A stretch of 64,000 bases of DNA from Phoronis australis (lineage: Eukaryota; Animalia; Phoronida), in contig NMRA01000012.1 in the NCBI GenBank assembly GCA_002633005.1, positions 124,001 to 188,000 of the forward strand, given 5' to 3'. The notes beneath the pieces were generated by a model that worked only from the letters and a program-made list of their open reading frames with translations, was not told where the DNA came from and did no database searches. Of the stretch, positions 1 to 14,199 are shown piece after piece. The position numbers and the translations under genes are program-made. Numbering within the stretch: the first letter of the stretch is position 1; every line of letters starts with the position of its first letter.

Positions 1-1445
1 CCTAACACTTTTCTTAGATTTGATACCTTTGGTTTATAGATATTCCGTTTCTTTTGCAACGTCATTGCTTTGGCGCACTCAGCAGTCAACAACCAAGCTC
101 AAATTACAACAGAAAGTAAACTGTTGGAATTGTTCGGCAAAAATCTGGCAAGGTCAGACTATGAAACAGTGTATCGAATGGTCTGCATTTTCCATTGGTA
201 TTTGTAAGAGGAATTGAGTCAGATATTGAATAGTGCATATTTACAGGAGAAATGGAAGAGGTATGTCTACCTTTTAATAACGCTGAGAACGGCCAATTCC
301 TTTTTTTGGGTTAGCAATTTCCGACCTCAGTTTGGCGACTTCCGTTTTCATTTGGCGACCTGGGATTTTCGCTAAGCCGCATTTGGCAACTTGGTGTTAA
401 GCCAACAGTTGAGCACTGAAGCTATATTACAAACCAAACAATTTAAGAGGCATGAGCCTCAAACTAAATGTAGGAAAGGAAAACAAAAAGAATGTATGCT
501 GTTCTTTTTTGTGAACCTTACACATTGATAATCTCAGAGTCATGTGAGAGTGTGTATGCAACACTACTCCGAAAAATAAATGAGAAAGTGCTCAAGGAAG
601 CGCTTGAAAAGGCAACACTTGGCGAAATGAAAAGCAGAGAGAAAGACACAAATCACAGCCCCCATATTGAATTTAATTTCAAACAATAAGCCTCAAGTTA
701 TCAACATCTTGTACGTACATTTCATGTCAAACGGACAAATAAGTAACCTAAGAGGGATATCGCAAGTCTAAGACATGAGGCAGTGTCGGACCTGAATGAA
801 AAACTGTGACAAAGATGTCGACGGCAAAGACAATAATAAAGGCTTTGAAGATAGATTCTTATGAATGGTGACTAAAAAACTAAGAAACATGGCCATGTAT
901 AGTAGATGGTAAATTAACAAAAGTGCACCAAAGCATTGGCCAATAAAAGAGCAGTCATTAAGAAGTCTACAATTCTGCAAAAGCGCCGTCTCCTATGCAA
1001 TTTCAACCCAAAACAATAGGCCTTGAGCTTTAGATGAGTTACGGGTTGTGCACAAATTTCATTGTAAAAGAAGTGACTTTTAGCATGCCTATAAACAAGC
1101 AAGCAAGACAGAAAGTAAATAGAGATACTTGGCTAAATTAAAATTCAGCAAAGTAACCATAGATCAGCACATGTGGTATACAATCACAGATGAACTCCCA
1201 CTTGCCATCTTTCATTCTGTACGAGCATTCAATTTGTGTGAACCTTTGGCTCATTTTATTAAAGGTAGAACATGCAGTTGTAGTTAAAATGCAGCTAGAT
1301 ATTACACACGTAACAGGATATTTTTCTACAAGGAAACTTGACAAAAACTTGGACTTAACTGTTGTCCATATTCACCTTTAAGGACCATCTACATAAATCA
1401 CTTTTAATTGAAATTTCCATGCTAATCAAATATATTTTTCATTTA

Positions 1446-1760
1446 TCAAAAAACAGACAATCGCCGCACAAATGAAAAAGTTCGCATTAATTTGACTTTT
1501 CGTCTATTCATTAGACATCATCAGGATACAAACAATCAGACATCAAGTGTCAACGTACGAGTCAACTTACATTCCATGAAGTGAAATGAATGCAACGACA
1601 GCAAATAGTAAACAGGTCATCACCATAGCCGTAGGGTCATGGAGCTCTACATGGTATGGCCTGCTACTCTTTTATGTATCATGATGATGTCTAATGAACA
1701 GACAAAATGTTGAATTAATATGAACCTTTTCATTTGTGCGACAAGTGTCAGTTTTTTGAT
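1446..1760. mobile_element. MITE-like element with ~85-bp imperfect terminal inverted repeats
   Basis: AAAAAACAGACA..GCACAAATGAAAAAGTTC..CATTAGACATCATCAGGATACA is mirrored by TGTATCATGATGATGTCTAATGAA..GAACCTTTTCATTTGTGCG..GTCAGTTTTTTGAT. Confidence 0.7.
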
Positions 1761-2078
1761 TCTATTATGGCCAAAAACTGATCTTTGATTAAGCAACTAA
1801 ATAGAGTCCAAAATATGCAAGTCAGCAATAGGAATGTAGTGGCATGTATTTTTTTGAAAAATTTACCCTCTGCAAATCACCAGTAAATGCTGCAACATAT
1901 TTATGGAAAAATAACATTACTTAAAGCCTTAAAAGTTCATGCGATGTATATGCACGTTTATCAATTTGCAGAATTATATTCTAGCAAAAAAAATCTAGAA
2001 TACGACAGTCTTGGCTGTGCATGGACATACCTTCTTTGACAAAAGGGCCCCTCTACTGTTTTTTAGCAATTAACTTAC

Positions 2079-2173
2079 ACTGCAGGCTGAAGATGGTAGA
2101 CCGTGGATGGTGGCTGGTTGTATAACTGGTTAGGTTGATATCCCTGTCCACCAGAACTGTTCATGCTGCACAT
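2079..2173 (-). CDS. Probable first coding exon of an unidentified gene continuing beyond the left window edge (MCSMNSSGGQGYQPNQLYNQPPSTVYHLQPAV)
   Basis: Strong acceptor (ttgttctttttctgcag) with the exon starting at 2203. In-frame stops precede ATGs at 2173 and 2164, then a Q/P/Y-rich frame and a GT|GTAAGT donor after 2079. A second possible donor AAG|GTATGT follows 2031. No family recognised. Confidence 0.5.
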
Positions 2174-4179
2174 CAGTCAGACCGGCTACATGGTTTGTAT
2201 CATCTGCAGAAAAAGAACAAGGGAAGCATAAGAAAAAACAAACATTGGGGCAATGTATGAGAAAATAAAGTCCACTCAAACTTGGCCACATGACCGATAT
2301 CACCACATCTCTCCCACAAGGTCAAGCACAAATGGTTCACCAGCTAACAATGACCTTTTTCATCTTGGTCATATGTTGTGGAAACTTGATGAAGAGCTAC
2401 TTTTCATGTTGCAACTGGACTTCCAACCTTCCCCTGCATCACTACATTGGGATATGCACAAAATTCTTCAAGATCACAAAAAGGTCATTGATACCACTAG
2501 CTTTCAGTCTTTTTCAAATAAACAAGTCCATGAGCAAACTCCAATTACAACAAGTTTTGACTTAGAAGTTTACACAGGAGTTTTGGCATCAGAACTGTCA
2601 TTCAGAGACAATTTAACTCGACTCAAATTAATATGATGCTACCCTTCTTGATACTACCAGCAACAGTGTCATAGGCACATAACCTGTCTGTAAATACACT
2701 TCACTTTGTCACAACAGTTCCTGTGAAAAGATGTTAATTTCATGGAAAACTAACTTAAGCGTCGCCCTTAATGAAACACCATATTTGGGACCCAGCGTCT
2801 TCTGATTCATCTCCAGTTAACCAGCAAGCTCACCATACCCTTGCACCTTCTCCAGTCTTTCTAGTTCAAGACACACAGCTAATGATAGACAACCCAACAA
2901 TTTACCCAGTTTCATTCAAAAAATGAGGGAACCTACAGGGTGAGTCGGAAGAACATACTACACAGGCCAAGTAATGTAACTCGGTGTTTCAAACAAATGG
3001 TAAAATCTCACAGTTTTTGAACAAAAATAATTGCGCAAGTTATTTGTTTGTTGTTTTTTAAAGAAAAATTTTAGGATGGTAGTTATATTAAAGAACTTGA
3101 AAATGCCAAACATCCAAGTGGATTGAAGTGGTGACTAATTTTCATACGTCAAAATGATAAAATAATGTTTCACTTATCCTAAACTTATACATTAAGACCT
3201 TAACAATTAAATATGCTCAAAAATGTTTTATTTTATGAATTCCAGTTGTTTTCTTCAGTCTATCAGGAAAGTAATGAGGATTAGGTCTCTTTGTAGTCAA
3301 CATAAGTTGCTGGATAATTGAATTCATTATTACAAGACAAACAGCTTGAAACCTTTAACTACGACATCGGATGAACTTTAAAAAATATATCTAAAGATAA
3401 ATCCAAACATGAGGGCATCATTAATTTCTTCTGACATCTTACTTGTGTTTTACATATCTGTCGAAGCTAGACAACAAAAAATAAAGCAAGAACGTCTTTG
3501 TCTTGCGACAAAATGCACCATTTCCTACCAATCTGTGGCCAATGCCATATGCCATCCCAAATCAAAAGTTGGCTTTGTGAGGAATTAGTCAAGAAGATGT
3601 AGCCATACCCCAGACCATCTGTACACAGCAGATTCAGAGATTACAGTTGACATATTTCAGATCACCCTCTACACTGACCGCTTTCCTTCACAACTAGGTA
3701 ATAAATTGACCGAATTTCACTTGTAAGTTATCACAGTTAAAATATGGCCAAGTCATTTTGTAACAGTCATAACAAACACCCCTTACACTAAGCATGCACA
3801 CAACATGGATAAACATTATGGAAGAATTAAAAATAATTTTAAAGGAGACTGATTATGACTGCAAAATCTTCTCAAGAAAATTTTGATGATATCAACATTG
3901 AACAAAAGGGAGATTGAATCAGTAAAAGTGTTATTTTGAATAATGATGATAGTTGCAAAGCTAGAAGGCTGGTCTATAAAACTGAAACATATTAAAGGGT
4001 CTTGCAAAAATTTTTGTGGTTGCAGATACATCGTCTTTAGACACAATTTGTAAAGCTGACTGTTACAGCACTTTTTCACTATACCGTAGTATGCCAGACA
4101 CTAGAAAAGAACATCACCAGCATGTCTGTTTTGGGGTCAAGAGTATAAAACTGGTAGTGACGGAGAGCCTGTCGTTATA

Positions 4180-5175
4180 TAAATGGCCACGAGGAGGCGC
4201 AAAATAAATAGGATCAGTCCCAAATAGCAAGACGTTGTTGTACCCTAATAGAAACTTATTTTCAACTAGAAGGCATTAGTGGAAGTCAGATCTGCCTGAA
4301 AGCAGTCATCATCCCCTTAGGAATACGAATACCAAATTACACATACCAAATTACACATACCAAATTAGACATACCAAATTATACATACCAAATTACACAT
4401 ACCAAATTACACATACCAAATTACACATACCAAATTACACATACCAATTTACACATACCAAATTACACATACCAAATTACACATACCAAATTACACATAC
4501 CAAATTACACATACCAAATTATACATACCAAATTATACATACCAAATTATACATACCAAATTATACATACCAAATTATACATACCAAATTATACATACCA
4601 AATTATACATACCAAATTATACATACCAAATTATACATACCAAATTATACATACCAAATTATACATACCAAATTATACATACCAAATTATACGTACCAAA
4701 TTACACGTACCAAATTACACGTACCAAATTATACATACCAAATTATACATACCAAATTACACATACCAAATTATACATGCCAAATTTCATAAAGGAGATA
4801 CCCTCATGGATGTAACAAAATAAAATTGCCAGACTTTCAAAACAATATTTCACGTGGTCTGACAGATAGCAAAGCAGACTCATAAATAATAAAAATGGTC
4901 ACTAGGTGGAGCACCGTGCATCGAATCGGCCCAAAAAATGGAAAGGTATCAGTCTTCTTAATAGAAACCATTTATCAAATTTCACAAATTTCACAAATTT
5001 CAAGTAAATTTGTCAAGAAACTCCAAAGACGCAGAGGCAAATGTAAAATACTAAAACTGCCACAGCAGTGGCTGGCTCTATTCCAAGGTTTGTCATCATC
5101 CATCATCAGTTTCAAAGGAACACATTTGTCAACCCTACAGGCGTTTTTTTAGAGACACAACAGTGGACGCAGATA
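4180..5175 (-). mobile_element. Degenerate reverse-orientation copy of the CTCF-like-motif repeat element family (see 52280-54970)
   Basis: TGGCCACGAGGAGGCGCAAAA (~4183), GGTCACTAGGTGGAGCAC (~4897), GCCAAATTTCAT and GGAGATAC are reverse complements of that family's unit motifs. Confidence 0.5.
4329..4787. repeat. 14-bp minisatellite (ATACCAAATTAYAC)n, ~33 copies
   Basis: Direct tandem repeat with blocks of ACAC and ATAC variants. Confidence 0.97.
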
Positions 5176-6342
5176 CCCAGAAAGAGATGAAGGCAATATA
5201 TATGTATATGTATATGTATATGTGGGCACATGAAAATGGCAACTTTGCAATAATTTTTGTGCACAACAAGCGAATCAAGTAGCAAGGCAGTGCACTCTGG
5301 TCAGCATGTGATCTCAATCAAAGTAGCGGTGTACCTACCCAATAGCAATGGACTTCAAGTGTAGAGCTATACCAATCTATTATCAAAGAAATAACAAAAA
5401 ACTTTAAGTTGCAAAGCCTGAAACAATTTTGAACATGTTCACAAACTTATAAACGACAGTACACTTGAATGTACAACAGCGTCATATGATATTCCCAGAT
5501 TTCCGGCAAGTCAAATGCACGTGGTACCACGAGTGCAGAATGCAACAGGCGTATTCACAAGATTTAATTGAAAAGCAATCAGCAAGAGCAGCAGTTTTCA
5601 ATGACTTTTGTTTAGCAACATGTTGAGCAGTAATTTCAAAACTTGTGACTTCCCTCATGACACCATGTGACCTATTACCATTTTTACTGAACGCTCAATC
5701 CATCAGGAAAACAGTTATCTAGAATGTGTCCACATGGAATAATTCATGTTTTGCCTCCACAAATTCAGGAGCCCATGCTGTTCAATAAAATTTAAGATTA
5801 GATCAAGTGGAAGAAACTACACTAAAGACCCTTTATCATCAACATCGACACAATGTTTTGAGGAATGTCAGTCAGAACCAGCAGTTAACTTCGGAATCAA
5901 AGTTAACAGCGCAAGTTAACTTCATTGTTAAGAGATGGATTAACAGCAAAACATCAATGTTTCAATGTAGAACAGTTACTTCAATGTCACTGACAAGTGC
6001 ACAGTCAACAAACAGCAAGTGTTGTGGTATTATTTCAATTATTATCCAACCGTGTATATGAAACTTTAAAATTTTAAAAATAAAAATACAATATTTTTAG
6101 AACGCTATCTTGCAATAACTTTGATGGCCCACTTACCAAACTGTGACAACTTCAATGTCTACTAATCACCAAAGCATGTCTGAAAGGTTCAACTACCTTC
6201 CTAGTTTACATCATGGCCATTCTGATACAGGAGTTAACTTGGGTTATTTGTGGTAATAGTATTTAATCTTGTAAATCGGGCAACCAACAAATTACTTTGC
6301 ACTACAAAACTGTCACTCTCAGGCAGACTGTAATACTGGTAA

Positions 6343-6659
6343 AGAGTCCCATCAACACACAGACGTATCCTAGAACAACTTGCACTAATGCAATTTACCC
6401 CACTTATAAGTGGATGAACAGATGATGTAAATGTGGTGTGCTAAAGGAGACCCATTAGCATGCAACCCCAGTTGATAATTACATCCACCACCCTCAGGTT
6501 TGCTGCCACAAGCGAGTAACCCTAAAACAAGTTACCCTACCTCCATAAGGGGCAAGTTGCACTAGTTTAAGTAGCGTCCAGAAAGCCCCCAAACCTACCA
6601 ACAACTGGTTCCTGGAGTAACGTGTTCTAGGGTAAGTCTGCGTGTTGACAACACTACTC
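6343..6659. mobile_element. MITE-like inverted-repeat element
   Basis: TCAACACACAGACGTATCCTAGAACA is mirrored by TGTTCTAGGGTAAGTCTGCGTGTTGA. Confidence 0.55.
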
Positions 6660-7996
6660 AGAAGCAACTTATTGACTTACATTTTGCTCAACAACTTCTA
6701 AATATAATGGCTTCGGTCACAACGTGAACATATCGTTTCAAAAAATAGTTTAAAGGAGATGGGGTAATGTTTACACTAACAAGGTTTATTCGATGAAAAA
6801 AAGTAATTTCAGAACATACTACACATTGCATAATTTGGAATGATCAATTTTAGCGTTTTATACAAAGCATGAAAATTTCCATGTCTAACTCTCAAAAAGT
6901 GTCGAAACTGAAAAGTGACGCCTAGTATCCGTAGTGGGTATGACAATTTATGTAAAACGAGAATTCGATAGTAGATAGTATTGGACTAAAAGGAAATCTC
7001 CTCTTTCAAAGTGTGCAAACGATAACACATTGTATGACTGACCTAGTTTTTGAAAACGACGAGCACTCTTGCTCAGGGTAAAACAGGCTAACAACAATAC
7101 AATATCACCAAACGCACCATGAGACCATGGAACTGTCCAGCTTCATTGCAATTCCTATGGCAAGACCAAAACAAAAAATATGCTGGCATGTCAAAGGTGA
7201 TTTGATTGGATTGTCATAAGTGTCCAACACAACAGTAATATAGGCAACCAGCACAACAATCCATCAGGGCTGGGTTGCATAAAACTTAAAAATTATCCGC
7301 TGGATATCTTTGATTGTTGCATGTTGTCAGGTTTATTGTTCAACAATAACAACGTGGCACGTGATAACACGACATCACTGTTGCTCTACGGCGTATAGCT
7401 TTTATGCAACTGGCCCAGATACACATCATGTGGGTTGCTCCTGCGGAGGTCGAGTGGCAACGTTGTATTTCAGTAGAAGGATATCGTTTGCATTTAAAGA
7501 GGAACTTGCTAATTCCTTATCTCTGTGATTGCTTGGCCAAATTAGTTAGAAACACAACATATAGCGATGATATGATTATTAACAAGGTTGACAATTCACA
7601 AATGTTTTTAAGAACGAGTTTTGCGATGAACTTGATCCACCACTAATCACTGTACTGTGTCCAGTAAGTATCATGGCGTGGTGCAGGGGAATAACACTGC
7701 ATGATGCGGGCTATGTGAGCCTGCGAGGTACGTCATTAGTGCAAAGGTCACTTACTTGCAAAACTTTTGTTTCCATTTACATGATGTTAATGAATAGAAC
7801 TGCACCTTGTTTAGTGTGGATTATGTGTAAATAGCATTGCCATTTAGTTCCTGCTATATATCAGCATAGTTAGGCGCATGCGAATACATCATTAAGGTCT
7901 AGTACTACGCACCGTACACATTCACCTTTTCTATTATGGCTGACATTAAAGTTATGTAAGACTCTGGAAAAGTTCAAAATCTGGCTAAATTCAGAG

Positions 7997-8489
7997 CAGG
8001 CCTTTATCCAAGATTTTGAAAATAGGGTGTCCAAAATGGGGTTCCCAATATTCCAGGGCGTCCATGATTCCGACGTGTAACCCCCCACCCCCAGCAATAC
8101 CCCCAAACACACAGATTTTTTTTACAAAAAATGCATAGATCAAGGTTTTTACATCTAAGTTTATAAAGCAGCCTTCTATGGTGAGCATTTTTACTTAAAA
8201 AACTGTGTAGACCAAGACTTTTACAATGCTGTCAATCAAGTGTCAAAATAGCAACAATGCATATACTTTGTATATACATTGTATATTTCTTCCTGCTTTG
8301 AAACAAAGAGCCCCCACTGTGAGCCTTCAGAGGCTTCCTAGTATTCATTACAATGTGCGAGTCCAAACTTGAAAGGTTCCTATTGACAGTGGGCATCCAA
8401 ATGATACATTGGGTGTCCTTGCCAGGGCGCCCAGATTAGTGCTAGGGCATCCATTTGGACGCCCAGGACGTACGCTGCATAAAGGCCTG
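7997..8489. mobile_element. Non-autonomous DNA transposon (hAT-like termini)
   Basis: TIR CAGGCCTTTAT ... ATAAAGGCCTG, with subterminal GGGYRTCCA repeats at both ends; no clear TSD. Confidence 0.65.
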
Positions 8490-8572
8490 TGTGGCGGTAA
8501 ACATCTGGAATCATAAATTCCCAACATATGCCACAGCATCAAATGCTGCAGTATTTACTAGTATTATTTATA

Positions 8573-8950
8573 TACCGTACTCGTCCGGGTTACCGTCCAT
8601 GCACGGCTTACCGCACATCCCCAATTATTCATGATCGAGACTTTCTTAAACTTATAAGTTTCTGTGCTTTTGTGAACGTTCGTTGCACAAAGCTAAGATT
8701 CCAAAACGTGCACAACTCGCTTACTTTTGAGTGACAATGAGTAAGTTTCAGCGGAACCGGGACCGTGCCTATCTATGACGGTAAATAACCGGTATTCGTT
8801 GTCAGGCTCAATGTCGCACCTCAAGAATTTACCGACAAATGGTGCCCAGTCACGTCTGTGGTGATGGTAACCACGTATGGCAGTGTACAAGGCGAAACTG
8901 TCGTATTGTTTTGAATACAAGCTGACATGATCTATCGTGACACGCAACTT
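8573..8950 (-). mobile_element. Transposon relic with a pogo/Tc1-like TACCGTA end and a decayed HIRAN-like reading frame on the minus strand
   Basis: TACCGTA..CCGGGTTACCG terminus at 8573. ORF 8693-8947 contains AIRGYHHHRRDWAPFVGKFLRCDIEPDNEY, resembling the HIRAN pattern RGYHxY..W.P..GE.L.C..EP.N..D. Confidence 0.5.
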
Positions 8951-9299
8951 GTCTCCCTGTTCCCTGTCTCAGTTAAAGTCCTTCTTGCAAACTGCCCATG
9001 TGGTTCCAGTATCCGAAAATACTTACTAGAAAAATTCTTATTTTCGACAGCCTTTCTTTATATTCTTTTCGCCTTTCTTGCCAAAAGCGATTTTTTAACA
9101 GTATTTGACCCTTCTCTCTGAGCGTATGATTACCGGTTGTCCTAGCGTTACTGAACGGGAGGCTGTATAGGCCTACTAACAAGCTGTATTTTGACTATAG
9201 TCTTCACTGGTAGCTGGTGACTGAGGCTAACTAAGGTCTGCCGCGGTAGTGTGACACAGGACTAACCAGCCCGTAATTTCATGCAAGTGTCTGAAACTA

Positions 9300-9690
9300 C
9301 CCTTGAATATATGCAGCATTTATCATTTGACCACTACTTCGACAAAACAGTCTGGTCTCGATCCACACCGGGTCCGATAGGCTGCGGTCCTGAGTCTGGC
9401 AAAATAATTTCTGTCAAAATTTATTCGCCACATTTCTTCAGCAAATTCCATAAAATTGTCCGTAGTTAGATTTTATCAAAATTAAGGCGCACTGTCAATT
9501 TTTTTATCCCCGTTTGCTGACTGGTAACAGTACAGGCACTGCTCCAGTCGCACTGACGGCGTTTTCTCGGCCTGGGTTCCTGAATGAATTGTACTTCCGG
9601 GTTCGCGGCAAGTTCAAAATGGCAGTGTTTCTTCGGGTGCGAATCGTGAGTGGCGCGTTCACTTAAACTGTTTTCGAGTACGGATCGTGT
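9300..9690 (-). promoter_or_regulatory. CpG-enriched putative promoter or non-coding first exon for the left-hand minus-strand gene
   Basis: Local CpG enrichment, ETS-type CCGGAAGT on the minus strand at 9593-9600, possible donor AGG|GTAGTT at 9300. Confidence 0.35.
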
Positions 9691-12600
9691 ATTAGTTATG
9701 GGGTAGGTACTTCTTGGATCCTTATAACATCTTCTAACCATGTAATAAGGGTTAACAACGCGTGAGAGAAGGACTTTAAACCCATGCTTTTAATGACGTT
9801 CACTCGTGACACCAAAATAGAAGCACCCAACCAAAAGCTACAGTGAAAGAAATCAACTTGTCATTAAACGGAAGTCGAACATTCTATCTGCATGCACATG
9901 GTCAAAACCTTGTTCCTTTGAACTCTCAATTTGCTTGATGAATTTTTACATGATGTGTTTTTGCATCATTATTTTCGCAGCCGCCCAAGCCTTCCTATTG
10001 CCTAATAGTAGTACTTATCGTTCGATTGTTGAGTTGTACTAGGCCATTTTAAGTGACTCGCGTGGAACAAATCACAACAAAATCATACGTTTCCCTTAAA
10101 AACTTCACAGCAAACTACCGGAGCCATTCATGCTTGAGATCACGGCACCACTGCACCATCTGCGCTACTCCACTTCAGGCCGTCGAAGTCCGTTACTGTA
10201 ATCTGCAGACGAACATTTTAACTTATATGCTTGAAATCTAGATGTCAGTGTAGCTCCATGAGGGTAGATTTGGTCCACCGTGCAGTAAGCACCCACTCCA
10301 AAGTTTCGAAAATTTCAATTTTAATTACCCACGCTCAGCTTACCACCCACCATATTTCTTTAGATTCCCAATTTAAGCACAGTAACCTGGATGAGTACGG
10401 TACAAACATAAATTTGATTTTTAACTCATTGGCGTAGATAATGCATTTGTACTAGGTGCAATTCTTACAATGTTACGCTACTATTGTATAAATTTCTACA
10501 TTGTCGTGTGCGATGTGCGATGTAGGAATACTCCTACTATTAATACTATTATCCTTTATTGTGCAGATTCTAGCCCATAGTCATAGGCTAGTTTGGAACA
10601 GAGCCACAGGCTGCCTACTCTGCTAGCCAAGTTAGGTTTCTATTTGAATTGAATGCTACATTCCATGATCCAGTCTCATTGCAATACAGTTGCAGAGAAA
10701 TTCTAGCGAATAAAAATGCAACTGGGTATGATAGCAATTTTAACTTTTAACTGGCGTAAGTAGGTTAGCAGCGTTTTGCAGGGCAATGAAAACATGTTTT
10801 CACGTTGTATTCAGTACATGACAACAGTACGCAAATAGGGTCGAACTTACATTGTATGTCTTCAATAATGATTGTTTCTTTAGGGTTAGTACAGTGCTTT
10901 TAGGTGACAGACCATAAAATCTAAGATAAGATTGCCCCGACAGCTCACAACACCACAACTTGAGCAGCCATCTTGAAATTAATGTTTTAGTCGTGGTCAC
11001 TGGTCCTTCTTTGGAGAGCTGCGGATTTGATTCTAATAAAATGCTACAAACCGTTACAGTATGTATCCTCTTATAAAACACTATGACAGTGCAATCGGTG
11101 AGATGATGATGAATAAAACCAACTTCGATTGACCTTCTTGCCCAAACACTGCCGTGATAAACAAGTTTTAGTGACACCTAGTGGCAAATTTTCTTATTGC
11201 AGCAGTAACAGGTCACTATTACGAAAAAAAAACTTCTGGCGAAGGCCCATTATTCCTAAGGTTCGCTAATCCAACAAAAAACATTGTTAAAACTACTAAG
11301 ACAATTTTCAATTTTTCAAGAATGATGTTGATGCTTGGTTCATCTAAAAACAACGCTACTCCGTGAAAACATTACTCTGTATCGATAATTCCAAAAACTG
11401 AGGACAAGGTAGTTTGGCCCGGGTCCGTCAGTTCTCCGGCATCGCTGGTTCCTTGACCTCTCACACTTGCCTCTGTTGTTTTAAAAGTAATTTTGTACGC
11501 AGTTTTGTGTGTGTTTGTTTCTCAATATTAAACATTGTGCTAAAAAATTGAATTTCAAAACAGAGCGTCTAATTGTTATACGTTATTAACTGTTTCCCAA
11601 ATTAGGCCAAGTGTAATCACATCAGATTCTCGACACGTGGTAATAAGCAAAGCCAAGCACGAAGAATTTTGGCGTCTAACAAAGCAAAAAAGAGTGAGAG
11701 GTCGGGGGATCATGGAGAACGTGGAACATTTATTGGATGTCCAAGTCAAATCGAATCCTTCATAAATTTTTTCTCAATCACGAAAAAGTCCTACAGTATC
11801 AAAATCCCCTGCCGCACAAACAAATACAATTTGAACATTGAAGTCCAATGACTTCTTTTACAGTTTTTACTGTCTTTGTGCAGTACATGCGTAGTTAAAG
11901 GCCTCTTGTGTCGTATCTTCTTCGAAGTTCGCTTCAGTGACCAAAAGAAAACGTACTCACAAAGCCGGGCATTAATATTTCGTACCCCTTTTTGTGCACC
12001 CATGAAACGTTCAGATTTTGACGTTGTCCACTTTATTTTGAAAACTAGGCCTGCTGTATGCTAGTCTTTGTATCTTTGCACCGTATGCTGCATTGTAATT
12101 TGTTGGTATGTTTACCCTCTTCTTGTCGTCTCATAGCAACGTTACATACGTAGTAATCTGGAGAACCAGGCAGCAGCAAGACTATGAGGTGCGACTCGAA
12201 CGAGAACCGGATGAGGTGCCGATAATTTACAAAATGCAACTATCGAGAAATACATCATGAAAATTTAAGTATTTGTTACAATACTGCATTTGCCCAAGGT
12301 TACAGTCAGTGTGTAGGGGATAGACCGTTTGTCGAATGAGAACACAACACGAATGTAATCGAGTTTACCCAGTGTTGCCTTTAAGAAAATATTATTACCT
12401 GCTAACTGGTTAATGCAGCAGAATATGTGCAAGAATCAGGAGCTTACGATGTTACATTTATTTTGAAGGTATAGGTACTAAAATTTTCAAAACAGACAGA
12501 TTTCGTTAGAACTCTCACAGGTTTTACCAAGCTTGGATAGAAGTTACAGGAACTTTTTGACAATTTAGTCGATTTTTTGTAACTGGAGCTTCGTAGTGAG

Positions 12601-14199
12601 TTGTAACAATTTTGACTACCTACATGGAATAACATCTGTCGAGTTTTTGTTGAGATTGAGCTAGAATTTGTTTTAATTTAAAATAAATGGATATTTAGTA
12701 GCAGTTTTGTGTTCCGAAACTAAAATTTTGACGTCCAGTTTATTTTGAAAACTAGTTTATGCTAGTCCTTGCACTCTAATGTGAAAGGCTTTACACAACA
12801 TGTTGCATTGTAATTGTTGGTATGGCTGAGAAAATTATAACGAGTACAAATAGATCAGTCAATGCAGACGTTGTTCTTATAGCAACTTTCATACCAAACA
12901 ATCAACATCTTTAAAAACAATCCACCATTTTCGTCCTAACGTCCATAAACCACCTGAATACACATGAAAACTATAATTTGTTTTTTTGTGACTAGCGTTC
13001 CCCAATATAGGCTCAAGATTTGAGGATGACATTGTTTTGCATGAAACTGGAGTCACACAAAAAGTCAAAATTTTACAAAAGCTGTAGTCTTGTAAACGTC
13101 AAACCAAATATTCCTTTAAGTATTAATTAAACTTGGAATTATGTGTTTAGAGTAGTTTCAATAGCAGAAAGGATTTTGTTCACAATGTATTGTAATCTGC
13201 TAGACCCATGCTTCACAAAATAGTTTTTTTTAATGAAAAGACAATTATTTCAACTTTAAGCAGATTACACCCTGTTTAAACTTGATAAGTTAAGAAGATT
13301 TCCAAAGACAATGTATTGTAATCATCCAGAGAACGCTTGCTTCCAAACATATAAGTTTTTGTAAACAAGCCAGCACAAGCGTGGCTTCCGTCCGTCAACT
13401 TGAATTTGGATAGAAAACAATCGCGAATTCATTCAGGGACGTTCCAAAAGCAACAAAACCCCATTTACAATCTGTTGTAAGCAGTCAGAGAATGTTTACT
13501 TCCCAACATAGATTTTTATAAAGCGAAAATAGAATTGTCGCAAGTTTAAGCAGGGGTGTGGCCTCATTAAACTTAGAATTAGACAAAAAACAATCACGAA
13601 ATGTGGTCAGAGGAGTTTGAAGAACAGAAATGAGTCATTATAAAATATGCTGTGGTCCTTCACCAGTCATCGCCTTCGCACCTCTAGGGGGCCTGGAGAT
13701 GTGCGGGCTAGTTGCTGCTCGGGGCAAACCCCGGAGAAGCACTCAAAATTTCGTGAGAAAACGTCACGAGCGGTTGTACGCGTTTAGAGTATCAGATTTT
13801 GGGATTTTGATACAACAAATTTCACCGGATTTACTAGGGTGCTAAAAGATTACTAGTGTGAAATCTGGAGAAATCTGGCGGGGAGAAAAAAAAATCACTT
13901 CGGAGTTCAGAGTAAAAGAAATTTCGATCGTGTCGGCGGCGCAAGGAGAAGTCAAAATGTTACAAACAAACGGGCCAACCTTATAACGTGTAAAACACCA
14001 GTATTTCTAATGATGCTCAAAAAGAAAAGCACATTTCCCGGCCTCAGATGAAATTGCTGTGAATATTCGTATTGGATTTGAATCACCAACCGCGACAAAT
14101 ATTTACGAATTTCTGCTTTCAAAAAGACTGTTGAGACCTATCGTGGATTTTCTTTGACATTGGATAATTCTGACAAGCGCAGTTACGCCACACCGTACC

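Noticed and set aside
2253-2636. 127-aa plus-strand ORF
   Set aside because: No recognisable family or flanking splice structure; it lies antisense within the presumed intron of the minus-strand gene
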